Source of the DNA: Escherichia coli
Lineage (GTDB): Bacteria; Pseudomonadota; Gammaproteobacteria; Enterobacterales; Enterobacteriaceae
Assembly (NCBI RefSeq): GCF_051559755.1
Contig: NZ_CP196247.1
Direction: 5' to 3' (one strand)
DNA: 24,000 nt
The position numbers and the translations under genes were made by a program. The notes beneath the pieces are model-generated. The model saw nothing but the letters and a program-made list of their open reading frames with translations, searched no databases and had not been told where the DNA came from. Positions within the stretch are counted from its first letter, which is position 1, and every line of letters begins with the position of its first letter. Positions 20,223 through 24,000 of this stretch are shown in pieces.

Positions 20223-20833
20223 TCTTGCTACAACTCTCCTCTGCTCAGGGGCCGGAAGAATGTTGTCTCGCAGTGAAAAAAGCACTGGACAGGCTGATTA
20301 AAGAAGCTACCCGACAGGACGTCGCGGTAACGGTGCTGGAAACAGAAACGGGTCGCTACTCTGACACACTGCGTTCGGCGCTGATTTCTCTGGATGGCGA
20401 TAACGCATGGGCTCTAAGCGAAAGCTGGTGCGGCACTATCCAGTGGATTTGTCCGAGTCCGTATCGGCCTCATCATGGGCGCAAAAACTGGTTTCTGGGC
20501 ATTGGGCGTTTTACCGCTGATGAGCAGGAACAATCGGATGCAATCCGTTATGAGACGCTGCGTTCGTCGGGGCCGGGCGGTCAACATGTCAATAAAACCG
20601 ACTCGGCGGTACGCGCCACGCATCTGGCATCCGGTATTAGCGTGAAGGTTCAGTCAGAGCGCAGTCAGCATGCTAACAAACGGCTGGCGCGATTACTGAT
20701 TGCCTGGAAGCTGGAACAACAGCAACAGGAAAATAGCGCGGCGCTGAAATCGCAGCGGCGAATGTTCCATCACCAGATTGAACGTGGCAACCCGCGACGA
20801 ACGTTTACAGGGATGGCTTTTATCGAAGGGTAA
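20219..20833 (+). CDS. prfH: Class-I peptide chain release factor homolog PrfH
   Basis: 204 aa from ATG 20219, overlapping the rtcB2 stop (ATGA). Contains an intact GGQ motif ([22 protein letters not shown]) and a basic RF C-terminal tail. Confidence 0.93.
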   Translation: MILLQLSSAQGPEECCLAVKKALDRLIKEATRQDVAVTVLETETGRYSDTLRSALISLDGDNAWALSESWCGTIQWICPSPYRPHHGRKNWFLGIGRFTADEQEQSDAIRYETLRSSGPGGQHVNKTDSAVRATHLASGISVKVQSERSQHANKRLARLLIAWKLEQQQQENSAALKSQRRMFHHQIERGNPRRTFTGMAFIEG

Positions 20834-20846
20834 TGAAGGATGATAC

Positions 20847-20876
20847 TGCCGGAAGGCGATTAAACGCCATCCGGCA
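20847..20876. repeat. REP-like palindrome between prfH and pepD (possible bidirectional terminator)
   Basis: tgccggaaggcgattaaacgccatccggca. Confidence 0.75.
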
Positions 20877-20889
20877 GCAAATCAAATAA

Positions 20890-22347
20890 TTACTTCGCCG
20901 GAATTTCTTTCAGCAGTTCAGTCAGCAGTGTCCAGTAATGGCCAACGCTTTCGATATGAACTTGCTCATCCGGGGAGTGTGGACCGGTGATGGTTGGCCC
21001 GATAGACACCATGTCCATTTCCGGATACGGTTTTTTGAACAGGCCACATTCGAGGCCCGCGTGGATAATCTGGATGTTCGGCGTTTTGTTGAACAGACGC
21101 TGATAGGTTTCACGTACCAGATGCATTACCGGAGAGTTAGCGTCCGGCTGCCAGCCAGGATATGCGCCTTTTGCTTCGGTTTTCGCACCTGCCAGTTTAC
21201 CCAGCGAATCCAGCATGCTCACTACGTAGTCTTTACCGCTGTCGATCAGAGAACGGATCAGGCAGTGAATTTCTACGTTATTGTCGGTCATGGTCACCAC
21301 ACCGACGTTCAGGGAGGTTTCGACCACACCTTTTGCCACGTCGGAGTTGCGGATCACACCGTTCGGGGTGGCGTTCAGCAGACGAATAAAGGTATCGCGA
21401 GATTTCGCAATCAGGGCAGCTTTATCGTTCGCAACAGAGTCCAGCAGCAATGCCAGATTTTTCTCTTTCTCTGCCAGTTCGTTTTTCAGGATCTCCTGAT
21501 AGGTATCCACCAGAGATTTCAGGGCGTCGACTTTATCAGCTGCGACAGCAATGGTCGCAAAGGCTTCACGCGGGATGGCGTTACGCAGTGTGCCGCCGTT
21601 GAAATCAATAAGACGCAGGTCCAGTTCTTCTGCATGACCCGCCAGGAAGCGCACCAACAGTTTGTTGGCATTACCCAGGCCAACGTGGATTTCACCGCCG
21701 GAGTGACCGCCTTTCAGACCTTTTAAGGTTAACTTGAAGGTTTCAAAACCAGCTGGAACCGCTTCACGATCTAAATGCAGGTTGGAGGTGAAGTCGATAC
21801 CTCCCGCACAACCCATGTAGATTTCACCTTCTTCTTCGGAGTCGGTGTTAATCAGAATATCAGCCTGCAACCAGTTGCTCTGTAAGCCAAAAGCACCGTC
21901 CATACCGGCTTCTTCGGTCATGGTCAGCAGCACTTCCAGCGGGCCGTGAACCACGTTTTCGTCAGCCAGAACCGCCAGTGCAGAGGCCATACCAATGCCG
22001 TTATCCGCACCCAGCGTGGTGCCGCGTGCTTTAACCCATTCGCCATCAATATAAGGCTGGATAGGATCTTTAGTGAAGTCATGCACGGTGTCGTTATTTT
22101 TTTGCGGCACCATATCGAGGTGGGCCTGCAAGACGACCGGTTTACGATTTTCCATACCTGCGGTAGCAGGTTTACGAATCAGGATATTACCTACCTGATC
22201 GCGTTCGACATGGAAACCTTTCTCTTTTGCCCAACCAACAATGTATTCAGCGAGTTGCTCTTCATGATAGGACGGGTGAGGAATAGAACAGATTTTGGCA
22301 AAAATATCCCACAGCGGCTGTGGAGATAATTGAGACAGTTCAGACAC
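20890..22347 (-). CDS. pepD: Cytosol non-specific dipeptidase (aminoacyl-histidine dipeptidase)
   Basis: MSELSQLSPQPLWDIFAKICSIPHPSYHEEQLAEYIVGWAKEKG... 'LQAHLDMVPQ', 'GTTLGADNGIG'; 485 aa M20 family. Confidence 0.97.
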   Translation of the reverse strand: MSELSQLSPQPLWDIFAKICSIPHPSYHEEQLAEYIVGWAKEKGFHVERDQVGNILIRKPATAGMENRKPVVLQAHLDMVPQKNNDTVHDFTKDPIQPYIDGEWVKARGTTLGADNGIGMASALAVLADENVVHGPLEVLLTMTEEAGMDGAFGLQSNWLQADILINTDSEEEGEIYMGCAGGIDFTSNLHLDREAVPAGFETFKLTLKGLKGGHSGGEIHVGLGNANKLLVRFLAGHAEELDLRLIDFNGGTLRNAIPREAFATIAVAADKVDALKSLVDTYQEILKNELAEKEKNLALLLDSVANDKAALIAKSRDTFIRLLNATPNGVIRNSDVAKGVVETSLNVGVVTMTDNNVEIHCLIRSLIDSGKDYVVSMLDSLGKLAGAKTEAKGAYPGWQPDANSPVMHLVRETYQRLFNKTPNIQIIHAGLECGLFKKPYPEMDMVSIGPTITGPHSPDEQVHIESVGHYWTLLTELLKEIPAK

Positions 22348-22607
22348 GTTAAGTCTCCTTGTCGATCACCCGCAAAACAGTATTGCAGGTCACAGGGTTA
22401 GCAGAAAATGTTGTCAACACAAGACAGGCTTGCGAGATATGTTTGAGAATACCACTTTATCCCGCGTCAGGGAGAGGCAGTGCGTAAAAAGACGCGGACT
22501 CATGTGAAATACTGGTTTTTAGTGCGCCAGATCTCTATAATCTCGCGCAACCTATTTTCCCCTCGAACACTTTTTAAGCCGTAGATAAACAGGCTGGGAC
22601 ACTTCAC

Positions 22608-23066
22608 ATGAGCGAAAAATACATCGTCACCTGGGACATGTTGCAGATCCATGCACGTAAACTCGCAAGCCGACTGATGCCTTCTGAACAATGGAAAGGC
22701 ATTATTGCCGTAAGCCGTGGCGGTCTGGTACCGGGTGCGTTACTGGCGCGTGAACTGGGTATTCGTCATGTCGATACCGTTTGTATTTCCAGCTACGATC
22801 ACGACAACCAGCGCGAGCTTAAAGTGCTGAAACGCGCAGAAGGCGATGGCGAAGGCTTCATCGTTATTGATGACCTGGTAGATACCGGTGGTACTGCGGT
22901 TGCGATTCGTGAAATGTATCCAAAAGCGCACTTTATCACCATCTTCGCAAAACCGGCCGGTCGTCCGCTGGTTGATGATTATGTTGTTGATATTCCGCAA
23001 AATACCTGGATCGAACAGCCGTGGGATATGGGCGTCGTATTCGTCCCGCCAATCTCCGGTCGCTAA
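22608..23066 (+). CDS. gpt: Xanthine-guanine phosphoribosyltransferase
   Basis: [39 protein letters not shown]... '[14 protein letters not shown]' PRPP-binding motif; 152 aa. Confidence 0.98.
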   Translation: MSEKYIVTWDMLQIHARKLASRLMPSEQWKGIIAVSRGGLVPGALLARELGIRHVDTVCISSYDHDNQRELKVLKRAEGDGEGFIVIDDLVDTGGTAVAIREMYPKAHFITIFAKPAGRPLVDDYVVDIPQNTWIEQPWDMGVVFVPPISGR

Positions 23067-23157
23067 TCTTTTCAACGCCTGGCACTGCCGGGCGTTGTTC
23101 TTTTTAACTTCAGGCAGGTTACAATAGTTTCCAGTAAGTATTCTGGAGGCTGCATCC

Positions 23158-24000
23158 ATGACACAGGCAAACCTGAGCGAAACCCTGTTCAAACCCCGCT
23201 TTAAACATCCTGAAACCTCGACGCTAGTCCGCCGCTTTAGTCACGGCGCACAACCGCCTGTGCAGTCGGCCCTTGATGGTAAAACCATCCCTCACTGGTA
23301 TCGCATGATTAACCGTCTGATGTGGATCTGGCGCGGCATTGACCCCCGTGAAATCCTCGATGTCCAGGCGCGTATTGTGATGAGCGATGCCGAACGTACC
23401 GACGATGATTTATACGATACGGTGATTGGCTACCGCGGCGGCAACTGGATTTATGAGTGGGCTACCCAGGCGATGGTGTGGCAACAAAAAGCCTGTGCGG
23501 AAGAAGATCCGCAACTCAGCGGTCGACACTGGCTGCATGCGGCTACGTTGTACAACATTGCTGCCTATCCTCATCTGAAAGGAGATGACCTGGCCGAGCA
23601 AGCGCAGGCTTTGTCAAACCGCGCCTATGAAGAGGCCGCTCAGCGTCTGCCGGGCACGATGCGGCAGATGGAGTTTACCGTACCCGGCGGTGCGCCCATC
23701 ACCGGCTTTTTGCATATGCCGAAAGGCGATGGCCCGTTCCCGACAGTATTAATGTGTGGTGGTCTGGATGCGATGCAGACGGACTATTACAGCCTGTATG
23801 AACGTTATTTTGCGCCGCGCGGCATTGCTATGCTGACTATTGATATGCCGTCGGTGGGCTTTTCTTCAAAATGGAAGCTCACCCAGGACTCCAGCCTGTT
23901 GCATCAGCACGTTTTAAAGGCGCTGCCTAACGTACCGTGGGTGGATCACACTCGCGTCGCGGCCTTTGGTTTCCGTTTCGGCGCTAACGTTGCCGTGCGT
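23158..24000 (+). CDS. frsA: Fermentation-respiration switch protein / alpha-beta hydrolase FrsA (partial, 3' end outside window)
   Basis: [77 protein letters not shown]... Confidence 0.95.
   Translation, partial: MTQANLSETLFKPRFKHPETSTLVRRFSHGAQPPVQSALDGKTIPHWYRMINRLMWIWRGIDPREILDVQARIVMSDAERTDDDLYDTVIGYRGGNWIYEWATQAMVWQQKACAEEDPQLSGRHWLHAATLYNIAAYPHLKGDDLAEQAQALSNRAYEEAAQRLPGTMRQMEFTVPGGAPITGFLHMPKGDGPFPTVLMCGGLDAMQTDYYSLYERYFAPRGIAMLTIDMPSVGFSSKWKLTQDSSLLHQHVLKALPNVPWVDHTRVAAFGFRFGANVAVR

Noticed and set aside
20938-21726. 262-aa plus-strand ORF inside pepD
   Set aside because: Long antisense ORF explained by pepD codon usage; pepD is unambiguous on the other strand.
22380-22607. Possible sRNA or riboswitch between pepD and gpt
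   Set aside because: Intergenic region of ordinary size between divergent genes, with no convincing conserved aptamer-like structure or terminator visible by eye.

Overview
The window matches a chromosomal segment of Escherichia coli/Shigella type. Identification is by recalled protein families and K-12 gene order; no database search was run. Positions 1-5650 are AT-rich accessory DNA. They hold the 3' end of a VgrG-like gene, a DUF2169 adaptor, a DUF4150/PAAR-like effector with a C39/papain-like cysteine-peptidase tip, and a candidate immunity ORF. Two degenerate H-repeat (ISAs1-family) transposase remnants follow. Between them lie a 167-aa orphan ORF and an orphan integrating-conjugative-element protein (PFL_4695-like). 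Positions 5650-24000 are core-like: yafV, ivy, fadE, lpcA/gmhA, yafJ, yafK, yafL, rayT/yafM, a truncated flhA-like/motB-like pair (Flag-2 deletion scar), dinB-yafN-yafO-yafP, rtcB2-prfH, pepD, gpt and partial frsA. The strongest candidates for interest are (i) the T6SS effector/immunity module and the debris downstream of it, (ii) the apparently intact rtcB2-prfH RNA-repair/ribosome-rescue pair, which is truncated in K-12 as I recall it and is preceded by a possible short leader ORF, (iii) the REP/BIME array flanking rayT, and (iv) the absence of dinJ-yafQ with an apparently altered YafL signal peptide.
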